A stretch of 16,048 nucleotides of DNA from Calditrichia bacterium (GTDB lineage Bacteria > Calditrichota > Calditrichia > RBG-13-44-9), in NCBI GenBank assembly GCA_037381445.1, contig JARRQT010000062.1, forward strand, positions 1 through 16,048. The letters run 5' to 3'. This document shows, piece by piece, positions 8,186-16,048 of the stretch. Both the position numbers and the translations under genes were made by a program. The stretch's first letter is position 1; each line of letters opens with the position of its first letter. The notes beneath the pieces were generated by a model. It was not told the DNA's origin, ran no database searches, and was given only the letters and a program-made list of their open reading frames with translations.

Positions 8186-11100
8186 CTATAAGCTTTGCAA
8201 GAAATTTTTTGCAAAAGTCAGATAATCCATGGGGGTTTTGCCAGTTAATCTCAAATGAACCCGGAATCCCTCCGTTTGACTGAAATCTACAGGGGCAATT
8301 TTCTGATTAATATAGCGCGGCAATTCCTTTTCGATGAAATAATCGGTCTCCACGATGCTGTCGTCCAAAGCCATGGTCATATTGTTTTTAGATATTTTTA
8401 CCTGTTTGATAAAACGCTGGCTGGCCAGCCTTTTAATCTTGACCATTTCGACGAGTTTCCGGGCTTCTTCCGGCAGGGGACCAAAACGGTCTCTGAGCTC
8501 TTTGGCCAGATTATCGATACTCACCAGGCTGTCCAGGTTTAGCAGGCGGTGATATATCATTACTTTTTCGTTGCTCGATTCGATATAGCTGTCCGGGATG
8601 TACATATCGCTGTCCACATCCACTGCCGCGTCCACATGCGGCATACGACTGGAGACCAGCTCGGACGGCAATATTTCGTCCTGTAATTTCTCGACCGTTT
8701 CACGCAGTATCTTTTGGTATAAATCGTATCCCACCGCGTTGATATATCCGCTCTGCTGGTGACCCAGCAGGTTCCCGGCCCCGCGGATTTCCAGGTCGCG
8801 CATGGCGATTTTGAGCCCGGAGCCAAGATCGGTGAATTCCTCTATTGCGTAAAGCCGCTTCAATGACGTGTCATTGAGCCGGTCGTGCGGCGGCACGATG
8901 AGATAGGCGTACGCCTGGCGGTCCGAGCGGCCGACGCGGCCCCGCAGCTGATACAGTTGGGCCAGTCCGAAACGGTCTGCACGGTTGATGATAATGGTAT
9001 TGCAGTTGGGGATGTCCAGCCCGTTCTCGATAATCATGGTGGCCAGCAAAACGTCGTATTTCTTCGCATAAAAATCATTCATGATTCTTTCCAGATCGTG
9101 CTCATGCATCTGGCCATGGGCAACCGCAATTCGCGCCTGCGGCACGGTTTGTTTCAATATCTCGGCCACACCCTGAATGGTCTGCACCCGGTTATGCACG
9201 AAAAATATCTGCCCGCCGCGATCCATTTCATAGGTAATGGCACGGTAAATCAGCTCCTTTTCCCATGTGCAGATTTCAGTGATGATAGGATGGCGGTTAC
9301 GGGGCGGCGTGTCAATATTGGAAAGGTCGCGGGCGCCCATCAGCGACATCTGCAGGGTGCGGGGAATGGGAGTAGCCGTAAGCGTGAGGGTATCAACGCT
9401 GACTTTCAACTGTCGAAGCCTTTCCTTATGTTTGACACCGAATTGCTGTTCTTCATCCACCACAAGCAATCCGATGTCCTTGAATTCCACGTCGCCGGAC
9501 AGCAGGCGATGAGTCCCGATCAGAATATCCACATCGCCTACATGCAGCCGGTCGAGCACTTTTTTCTGTTCGGCTCGCGTTCGGAAACGGGACAGCACTT
9601 CGATATTCACAGGGAAATTCTTCATCCGTTCCCGAAAAGTATAGAAATGCTGCTGGGCGAGGATTGTGGTGGGAACCAGCACCGCGACCTGCTTACCGTC
9701 ATTTACCGCCTTGAAGGCGGCGCGGATAGCCACCTCGGTTTTGCCAAACCCGACATCACCGCAAATCAGGCGGTCCATCGGTTTGTCTCTCTCCATATCG
9801 GCTTTCACATCGCGGGTTGCGCGGGACTGGTCCGGTGTGTCCGCATACATGAAGGAGGCCTCCAGTTCTTTCTGCCAGAGTGTATCTTCAGCGAATGAAA
9901 AGCCATCGGTCTGCATGCGGCTTGCATAAAGCTTGACCAGGTCCTTGGCGATGTTTTCAACCGATTTGCGCGTCTTGTCCTTGGCGCGTTCCCATTCGGT
10001 GCTGCCGAGATGGGTAAGCGGGGGATTGAATCCCTCCTCGCTGACATACTTTTGAACATGATTCAGCTTATCCAGGTTGACATACAAAATATCCTGTTCA
10101 TCATATTCGATTTTCAGGCAGTCTTTCTGGACGCCTACCACCGAAATCTGTTCTGTCCCGATGTATTTTCCGATTCCGTAATCGACGTGAACAACGTAAT
10201 CACCATATTTCAAACTGTTGAGCTGGCGGATGATGCTTCCCGACACCTGCAGCTTACGACGGTTTCGCCGGGCCTTGATTCTGTCAAAAATTTCATGTTC
10301 GGTCAGTATTTCCAGGGAGATGCCGGGGATTAAAAAGCCGTTATGGATGTCTCCCTGAATGAATTTAACCGGCGGGAGCCAATCCATTTCGGCCAGAATA
10401 ATTTCTTCCAGCCTCTCCCGGCGGGCGGGTTTATCGTACACAATAAAAATGTTCTGGCCATTCTTTTTGCCGCGTCCCAGTTTGCTATAAAGATGTTTGG
10501 TCAGCAATTTAATATTTCCGTGAAAGGTCAGAGGAGGCTGCACATTAAAATTGACATCCGTATTTTCCGCATTCTGAAAATGGCTGTGATAAATCTGCCG
10601 ATAGCTTTTTGAGAATTTTTGAATCTCAGTCTGGGAAAGGTAAACCTGAGACGGATCGCTGCTGCGCTCTTCCCCTTCATCATAAAGCCTTTGCGCATTT
10701 TCCAGCCAGTCATCAATCATCTTGCGGGTCCGTTCCATATCATCCCAGAAGATAACAGCGCCGGATTTTAGATAATCGAAGAGAGTGGCATTTCCCGAGC
10801 TTTCACGGTTGGCGCCCACGATCCTGACTTGTTCCACCTGTCTGATGGACATCTGGGACAGCACATCAAATTCACGGATTGATTCTATATTGTCATCAAA
10901 AAACTCAATGCGGTAAGGGGTGCCGGCCTCGAAAGAAAACACATCCACAATGCCGCCCCGGGCGCTGAACTGCCCGATCTCTTCAATACTCTGCATGCGT
11001 TCAAAACCGGATTCAACCAGCCATTCAATCAAAAAATCCCGGTCCAGCTGGTCGCCAACCTTGATATGGCTGACCTGTTTGGCGATCAGCTCGGGAGGAT

Positions 11101-11485
11101 CAATTTTCTGCAGAAGACTGATGGGAGTGGTGACAATAACTGACGCCGGATTTTCCAGCAGCGACACCAGGGCATTGAGACGGGCGCTGTGAAGTGCGGG
11201 CGCAAAACTTCCGTTATCAAAAGGCACTATCTCAGCCTGCGGAAAATAGAGGACCCGGCGCGCCGGCATCAAAGACTGCAGATCGTCCGTCAGTTTTTCA
11301 GCCTGTTCGGTATCCGGCACCACCGCCAGCAGGCTGTTTTCCAGCGTGTCGACCACATAATTCAGCACAAAACTCAGAAATGAGCCGTTTATGCCTTTTA
11401 TATAAATCTGGTAACCAGAGAAGAGCTTTTCCCGAAAGGTTTCAAATTCCGGCAGATCGGTTACGATCGATTTCAGCTTTAGCAT
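8186..11485 (-). CDS. mfd: Transcription-repair coupling factor Mfd
   Basis: UvrB-homology N-terminus (GQFSARGGIVDVF, PYRIEFFDD), RID/CarD domain (GDYVVHVDYGIGKY), SF2 helicase motifs (TPDQ, MDRLICGDVGFGKTEVA, DEEQQFG, TATPIPRTL, FGLAQLYQLRGRVGRS), TRG motif (GLKIAMRDLEIRGAGNLLGHQQSG) and TRCF C-terminus (ELRDRFGPLP). The ATG at 11485 is preferred over the TTG at 11491. Confidence 0.98.
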   Translation of the reverse strand: MLKLKSIVTDLPEFETFREKLFSGYQIYIKGINGSFLSFVLNYVVDTLENSLLAVVPDTEQAEKLTDDLQSLMPARRVLYFPQAEIVPFDNGSFAPALHSARLNALVSLLENPASVIVTTPISLLQKIDPPELIAKQVSHIKVGDQLDRDFLIEWLVESGFERMQSIEEIGQFSARGGIVDVFSFEAGTPYRIEFFDDNIESIREFDVLSQMSIRQVEQVRIVGANRESSGNATLFDYLKSGAVIFWDDMERTRKMIDDWLENAQRLYDEGEERSSDPSQVYLSQTEIQKFSKSYRQIYHSHFQNAENTDVNFNVQPPLTFHGNIKLLTKHLYSKLGRGKKNGQNIFIVYDKPARRERLEEIILAEMDWLPPVKFIQGDIHNGFLIPGISLEILTEHEIFDRIKARRNRRKLQVSGSIIRQLNSLKYGDYVVHVDYGIGKYIGTEQISVVGVQKDCLKIEYDEQDILYVNLDKLNHVQKYVSEEGFNPPLTHLGSTEWERAKDKTRKSVENIAKDLVKLYASRMQTDGFSFAEDTLWQKELEASFMYADTPDQSRATRDVKADMERDKPMDRLICGDVGFGKTEVAIRAAFKAVNDGKQVAVLVPTTILAQQHFYTFRERMKNFPVNIEVLSRFRTRAEQKKVLDRLHVGDVDILIGTHRLLSGDVEFKDIGLLVVDEEQQFGVKHKERLRQLKVSVDTLTLTATPIPRTLQMSLMGARDLSNIDTPPRNRHPIITEICTWEKELIYRAITYEMDRGGQIFFVHNRVQTIQGVAEILKQTVPQARIAVAHGQMHEHDLERIMNDFYAKKYDVLLATMIIENGLDIPNCNTIIINRADRFGLAQLYQLRGRVGRSDRQAYAYLIVPPHDRLNDTSLKRLYAIEEFTDLGSGLKIAMRDLEIRGAGNLLGHQQSGYINAVGYDLYQKILRETVEKLQDEILPSELVSSRMPHVDAAVDVDSDMYIPDSYIESSNEKVMIYHRLLNLDSLVSIDNLAKELRDRFGPLPEEARKLVEMVKIKRLASQRFIKQVKISKNNMTMALDDSIVETDYFIEKELPRYINQKIAPVDFSQTEGFRVHLRLTGKTPMDYLTFAKNFLQSL

Positions 11486-11758
11486 CCACAAAAACCATTT
11501 TTTACATCAATATTAAGTCCCAAGATAACATAAAGTTCCGGGCTTAAAAAGAAAGTTTTGAAAGGCTTTGGCAGAGAGAGCAAGTATCGGGATTTTAATT
11601 GGTGAAGCGAAGAATTAGACCGGATATTCCGATGCTTTATTTCATTTCCTTCAGACAAAAAATTCCTGTGGCGTTGTTGTCGGGAGAATCCCCGGTTCAG
11701 GCCATTGTCTGAAATCACCTTTTTATCTGCACCATTTTTCCGGGGAGATCACACCGCA

Positions 11759-12589
11759 TTACATTTTTGTGTAGTCCAGTTCGGAACCCCATACGCTGTG
11801 CGGAATGAGATAAACGGCCAGCATGAGCACTGCGGCAAAAATAACCCAGCCGCGATTGCGGTGCTCGCCCCGGTTTTTATAACCGGCCCAAAGCCACCCC
11901 ACCATTGCGATCAGGGTTTTATTGTCAGTAAGATCGAAGCCGAATGGAATTCCTGTCCAAAGGGCATCAAAAGCGAATTTTTGAACCAGCGGACCAAGAA
12001 TAAATCCGCCGATGAAAAACAGGCCGATCGTCCACATCATGTAGGAATGAACATTCCCCCGGGAGTCAACCGCTTCCAGCGCGGCCCGGTTGGACAACAG
12101 CATGGCAAAGAACATCAGGAATACATGAGGAATCAGAATGGCCACCGGCACCCCCCCTTTGTAGCGCAGTACCACCGGTTCTTCCCCGGTCAGGGAGATG
12201 CTCTCACCGCCTTTTTCCAGATAGGAAAAATACATCAGTTTTCCTGCAGCCGGTTGCTCAGGGAGCCGGGCCGACAATTTATTGCCTTCTTTCTTCAGGG
12301 CAAGGACGGTCCATTCATCATGAGAATTGTATCTTTTGTATCTGACATGGCCGGAAATGGAAGTGTCCGGGACGATAAGGCTGACTGCCGCATCATTTCC
12401 AACTGTCTCCGACCTTAAGAGCCTGTAGGATATTTTTTGTCCCGAAAGAACCACTTGTCCCCGGGCCGGATAGGTGGGACCGGTCATGCGCTGGTAAATC
12501 GCGGAACTGATGGTGATGATAAAAGCGAGAATCCACAACAATACTTTGTGGTGGGCAAGGGGCAAACTGAAAAAATTATCAGCAGGCAT
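11759..12589 (-). CDS. Integral membrane protein (N-terminal TM, extracytoplasmic beta-rich domain, 4 C-terminal TMs); possible remote CcsA/CcmC heme-handling homolog
   Basis: Hydrophobic segments at about aa 16-32, 149-165, 184-202, 226-235 and 248-262. His155 (LIPHVFLM) and His264 (LIPHSVW) flank the loop GFILGPLVQKFAFDALWTGIPFGFDLTDNKTLI. AAAGGA lies upstream of the ATG. The CDS call is solid; the functional assignment is an inference. Confidence 0.8.
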   Translation of the reverse strand: MPADNFFSLPLAHHKVLLWILAFIITISSAIYQRMTGPTYPARGQVVLSGQKISYRLLRSETVGNDAAVSLIVPDTSISGHVRYKRYNSHDEWTVLALKKEGNKLSARLPEQPAAGKLMYFSYLEKGGESISLTGEEPVVLRYKGGVPVAILIPHVFLMFFAMLLSNRAALEAVDSRGNVHSYMMWTIGLFFIGGFILGPLVQKFAFDALWTGIPFGFDLTDNKTLIAMVGWLWAGYKNRGEHRNRGWVIFAAVLMLAVYLIPHSVWGSELDYTKM

Positions 12590-12691
12590 CTGAAAATCCT
12601 TTCTCTTTTATATTCTTACCGTCCTGACTTGTCCTTTCCATAAAATTGATGTTTAACTGAATTTATTTTCTTTTTGCATTTTTAACAAGCA

Positions 12692-12699
12692 TATATTTG
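12692..12699 (+). promoter_or_regulatory. Candidate TAnnTTTG promoter element in the divergent intergenic region
   Basis: TATATTTG on + in the AT-rich 12590-12849 spacer, upstream of the two + strand genes. Confidence 0.3.
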
Positions 12700-12849
12700 T
12701 TCTGCCTGCTTTTTTATAGTTGAGATCTTTTAAGGATGGGTTGGTACTTGTCGGGAAAAAAATTCCGAAGGAGTTTTGGCGATCGCTCCTGTTTTAATCG
12801 ATTGACTAAATTTTATTTTTCCCGTATTTTAGGAGAACGATTTTAGCGG

Positions 12850-13446
12850 ATGGGAAGTGATTTCCTTATGTTCGAAAAACTGGTTCATAACCTCAAACAA
12901 ATTGTATCTGACGGCCATATTCTTCACCCGTCGATTTTGATCCCCCAGGAAAAGATCAATGAAGTGTTGCCCGGATTTGTGCAGGACGTTCCGGAAATTC
13001 GCCATATCCGGCTGGATTGCAGGCAGGGTGCGGCAACGCTATCACTGGAACTGCATTATAAATTGTTTTTTTCAGTAAATATTGAGATCAAACCGAAAAG
13101 CATCAGCCTGGAAGATGATGTTGTTCACCTGAAATTCTGGCATTTGCCGGAAATCTCTTTTCATTCTTCCCGCAGATTTGTACAGTGGGTGCTGCAAGGT
13201 GTCAGTTACGCGGCATTGCATATTTTTGATATCGATCTTCTGGAAAAGGCAGCGGCAAGAATCCCCGCTCTCGGTGTGCAGGGGGAGGAATTGGGAATTC
13301 AGGTTCGCCTCGACGATCTCATGCATGAGGCCGCCATGGCGAAGGCCGCAAAATTGATCTCAAAGGCGGTAGAACTGGACAGCTTTGACTTTGTGGATAA
13401 CGGCGTCCGAATCAGCTTTCAGGTACTGCCCCAGATTTTTGAATAA
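12850..13446 (+). CDS. Hypothetical protein, about 190-198 aa, alpha/beta (alternative start ATG at 12868)
   Basis: Uninterrupted ORF with protein-like composition and alternating beta-strand patterns (IRHIRLDC, VNIEIKPKSISL, FDFVDNGVRISFQV). It fills the gap between the divergent membrane gene and the lipoprotein gene. Confidence 0.7.
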   Translation: MGSDFLMFEKLVHNLKQIVSDGHILHPSILIPQEKINEVLPGFVQDVPEIRHIRLDCRQGAATLSLELHYKLFFSVNIEIKPKSISLEDDVVHLKFWHLPEISFHSSRRFVQWVLQGVSYAALHIFDIDLLEKAAARIPALGVQGEELGIQVRLDDLMHEAAMAKAAKLISKAVELDSFDFVDNGVRISFQVLPQIFE

Positions 13447-13541
13447 ATATGGCTTCCTGCGAATTCAGGACATCTTCCGTTCTCGGAAATGAAAATTGAC
13501 CATAGTTTCTGGTTGGGGAAATTTTAGAAAGGAATAATGCA

Positions 13542-14390
13542 ATGACATCATCCAGGGATGACAAGATTCGAGCGATAAAAATGGGTGTCCTGCTCATTGC
13601 CTCTATCGCGTTGATAAACCTGTTTATTTCCGGCTGCGCCGGTACCCGCCTGAAAACCATAAAAAAGCTGTATGAGGAAGACAAGTATAAAGAAGTTGTG
13701 GATTCGGATATCGACTGTAGCAATTCCTCAGAAAAATGTTTTCAGATTAAACTGATTCGGGCAGAAAGCTTTTATCGTCTGGGCGACAATAAGAATGCCC
13801 TGATAAATTCCCGGGAGGCCATTCACAGGCTCAAACCGGGGATTTCGTCGTTGGATGTTCGAAGGCTGTATTCTCTGGAAGCCAGCATTCTGTTCCGGGA
13901 GTATGAGTTATCCAATGACTACCATCGAAAAAAGATACTGGCAGAAAATATCTGGCAGGACCTGGACAGGGCATTAATGGCGAATAAGGAGATACCGAAT
14001 CGGAAGCGGAACGAAGAGAAGGATTTAAATCTTCATCTTTTTGCCGCTGAAGCAGTGATTTTAAATATGGATTATGTCAGACAGGACAGTCTGGACAGTC
14101 TTTTTGACAGGCTGTCAGTGATCTCCGCACGATTGGGCGAATTGGCCCCGGAACAGGGATATGAAGAATTCTATCTGCTGCAGGGGCGGTTTGGGGTGAT
14201 TCTCCCGGAGATAAAACAGTTGTTTACCGGCGGGGAAGGGGACCGGCTTAACCTGTTGGAGGAGATTAAACAGATTTACCGGCGGGGGCTGCAACTGAGG
14301 AACTATCCTATTTATCAGGAAGGATACGCCGAAGATATTGAACACTTTCTGAAAGAAGTGGACCAGTACATGAGGCAACTGGTATTATAA
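13542..14390 (+). CDS. Hypothetical lipoprotein, all-helical / TPR-like
   Basis: Hydrophobic signal VLLIASIALINLFISG-C (lipobox ISGC), TPR-like segment LIRAESFYRLGDNKNALINSREAI, and predominantly helical composition. GAAAGGA lies upstream of the ATG. Confidence 0.75.
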   Translation: MTSSRDDKIRAIKMGVLLIASIALINLFISGCAGTRLKTIKKLYEEDKYKEVVDSDIDCSNSSEKCFQIKLIRAESFYRLGDNKNALINSREAIHRLKPGISSLDVRRLYSLEASILFREYELSNDYHRKKILAENIWQDLDRALMANKEIPNRKRNEEKDLNLHLFAAEAVILNMDYVRQDSLDSLFDRLSVISARLGELAPEQGYEEFYLLQGRFGVILPEIKQLFTGGEGDRLNLLEEIKQIYRRGLQLRNYPIYQEGYAEDIEHFLKEVDQYMRQLVL

Positions 14391-14391
14391 A

Positions 14392-14441
14392 AAAAGGCCG
14401 CTGCCCGCTCAATACAATAGCCTGACGGAAAGCGGCCTTTT
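14392..14441. terminator. Bidirectional intrinsic terminator between the convergent lipoprotein and prpD genes
   Basis: Perfect inverted repeat AAAAGGCCGCT (14392-14402) / AGCGGCCTTTT (14431-14441), with further inner pairing CCG.TCA / TGA.CGG and A/T tracts on both sides. It starts immediately after the TAA at 14388-14390. Confidence 0.75.
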
Positions 14442-14474
14442 CATACCTGCATTTTTCTTATATCGATTTCTGTT

Positions 14475-15841
14475 TTATTTGATCATTGCCTGCATGAAAT
14501 TCCTGATATTGTTTACTTTTTCCAGATCCATGATCAATTCAACCATGCGGTCGCGTTTTTCCCGGCCCATCTTGTCCAGAACCATGCTGTCGAATTATAA
14601 AACAGTTCGTCTTCGGACATCGGATCACGATAATCGCCCTTTGGATAATCAACGCGCAAGGTATGTTTGTTCCCTTTGTTGTCGGTAACGGTAACTTCGG
14701 TCGCTTTCAGTCTGGGAAACAGCTTTTCGAATTCCGGTTCGGCCACAACTTTGATTTTAGGCATCAAATCCCAAATCTGAGGATCCTTCAGTTTTTCTTC
14801 CTTGAACTGAGCAGGCGTCACCATACCGTCCGCCACTGCTGCCGCCAGGCAGTAGGGCAGGCTGTGGTCAGCGGTTTCCTTGCTGGTCGGTTTATATTTG
14901 GAGGGGTCCGAAAGAATGTCTGCCGCGCGGGCGACAGTTTTCACCAGGATTCCCGAAATATCCCGCGGCTTCAGATTATTGTCCTTTACAATTTTCTGGA
15001 CCGCGGTAATCGGTGAGTGGGTCAGTGCCTCGGCAGAATAGGCCTTCATACTGCAGCGCAGGATTCGCCAGTCCTTTCCCAGATTATCGGTCAGCAGGTT
15101 TAATTCGAATTCCGGTCCGAAGGTGTCTGTGAGTCCTTCCTTGCCATCAATCACGTGTTCGGGACCGCTGTAGCCTTCTTTGGCCAGCTGGGCGGCCAGC
15201 ACGCCGGCCTGTACCGCCATGGGATCCACGGTGTTTTTCATGTTGGTCAGTTTGCCGGCAGTGACGGCACCCAGGGTGCAGGTGTGACTGCCGGATATCC
15301 CGATGGCCTTCACCATTTGGTCCACATTCAAACCTAATATCTTGCCGGCCACAATAGGGGAAACGAAGCCGGTGAGAGTGGCATGGTGCCATTTTCGCTC
15401 CCTGATGCCGGGATGGGCGAACTCGCACATTCGTTGCTCAAATTCATACGCCAGAACGATGGCTGTAATCAAATCCTTGCCGCTCCTGCCAAGCGCTTCT
15501 GCCGGCGTAAGCGCCGCCGGAATAATATCGCTGGGATGGGATGGATCTTCTTCCCAGTAAATGTCATTGTAATCCAGGGCACGGATCAGCAGACTGTTTA
15601 ACAGGGTAGCATGGTTCATCGGAAGCTTTGCGCCGCTGACCAGAACTGTCGCTTCAGGCGCACCTCCCATCTGTTTATGCAACTTGTGCTGAATCTGTAT
15701 GTCTTCCGTGTCCCATCCGCCGAACGCGCAGCCGATTGAGTCCAGTAAAAACTTTTTAACCTGAAACACAACCTCTGCAGGCAAATCCTCATATTTGAGG
15801 TTGACGGTGAATTCCGAAATTTTGTGACTAATGGTAGGCAT
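14475..15841 (-). CDS. prpD: MmgE/PrpD-family protein (2-methylcitrate dehydratase-like) with an apparent 1-nt frameshift near 14595
   Basis: Motifs LLDSIGCA, LIRALDYND, SHPSDIIPA, AYE, WHHAT, ADHSLPY and YPKGD-x-x-DPMS are present, with RBS AAGGAG at 15850-15855. The track ORF ends at 14534 with an aberrant Trp-rich tail. The adjacent frame gives the family-like end FDSMVLDKMGREKRDRMVELIMDLEKVNNIRNFMQAMIK, stopping at TAA 14477-14475. Confidence 0.85.
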
Positions 15842-15992
15842 AAGCTGAACTCCTTGTTTTTGTTTAAGGATGAAAGCGATTCAACAGGTACGGAATAAAA
15901 CGATAATATAAAAATGCACAGGCAATATAAATTTTGGAAAATCATGTTTCAACAGAAAGATGAAAATGTCTATGAATACACTCTTGGAAATG

Positions 15993-16019
15993 GGGCAGGC
16001 AGCCTTTCGGATTCTGCCC
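15993..16019 (-). terminator. Possible hairpin or terminator of an upstream gene outside the window
   Basis: The minus strand reads GGGCAG-AAT-CC-GAAA-GG-CTGC-CTGCCC, a GC stem with a GNRA tetraloop, followed by only a weak U tract (CATTTCC). Confidence 0.25.
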
Positions 16020-16048
16020 GGGGGATGTTTCTAAATCGAAAGGCAACC

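Noticed and set aside
6399..8188. Genome-wide TAG reassignment or pyrrolysine as the explanation for the in-frame amber codon
   Set aside because: TAG ends several genes here at plausible natural C-termini (1647, 5545, 8186 and the extension at 6399), and no pyl genes are in the window.
8194..8215. Palindrome TTTGCAA-N8-TTGCAAA at the 3' end of mfd as a possible enhancer site for the sigma54 regulator
   Set aside because: It is within coding sequence (FAKNFLQ) and AT-rich, and I found no GG-N10-GC sigma54 promoter between it and the 8108 start.
9436..9460. Mfd motif II region reads DEEQQFG rather than the common DEEH/QRFG
   Set aside because: The catalytic DE residues and all other motifs are intact. 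A single substitution at a variable position is not enough to infer altered function.
8885..9898. 337-aa + strand ORF and other long antisense ORFs (4567-5085, 5503-5952, 6771-7262, 11705-12418, 14663-15016)
   Set aside because: They lie antisense to well-supported genes and show no recognisable motifs, as expected for shadow ORFs caused by codon bias.
11568..11584. TTGGCA-containing motif as a sigma54 -24/-12 promoter
   Set aside because: The GG to GC spacing is 8 nt rather than the required 10.
11479..11718. 79-aa minus-strand ORF upstream of mfd and 109-aa ORF at 15616-15945
   Set aside because: No RBS or motif support. They overlap real gene starts out of frame and run through promoter-like or hairpin-rich intergenic DNA.
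1..16048. CRISPR arrays, tandem repeats, tRNA/rRNA, transposases, integrases, reverse transcriptases
   Set aside because: By eye I saw no regularly spaced direct repeats, cloverleaf or rRNA signatures, or mobile-element ORFs. Intergenic gaps are all under about 270 nt.

Overview
This is a mostly housekeeping bacterial window. Gene content, lipoprotein style and TAnnTTTG-like promoter boxes suggest an FCB-group or Calditrichota-like organism, which is an inference. From left to right it contains: a 5'-damaged or truncated CpdB/UshA-type 2',3'-cyclic phosphodiesterase/5'-nucleotidase on +; a long minus-strand run of mfd, two PpiC/PrsA-like lipoproteins, surA, an orphan NtrC-type sigma54 response regulator, a stand-alone PqqD/RRE protein and a restriction-endonuclease-like hypothetical protein; a minus-strand membrane protein; two + strand hypotheticals (one a helical-repeat lipoprotein); a bidirectional terminator; and a frameshifted MmgE/PrpD gene on -. 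I found no CRISPR array, tRNA, rRNA or supportable mobile element. The best lead is the 276-aa membrane protein (11759-12589), which appears to be a remote CcsA/CcmC-type heme-handling protein with both His ligands kept, a degenerate WWD loop and an added periplasmic beta-domain. Other leads are the orphan sigma54 regulator-PqqD-putatively inactive nuclease tail of the surA operon and four reading-frame lesions: an in-frame TAG in the PpiC gene, a 1-nt frameshift in prpD, the lost N-terminal motif of the nucleotidase, and a missing canonical start codon for the nuclease-like gene. These lesions may be assembly errors. No clearly complete novel system is demonstrable from the sequence alone.
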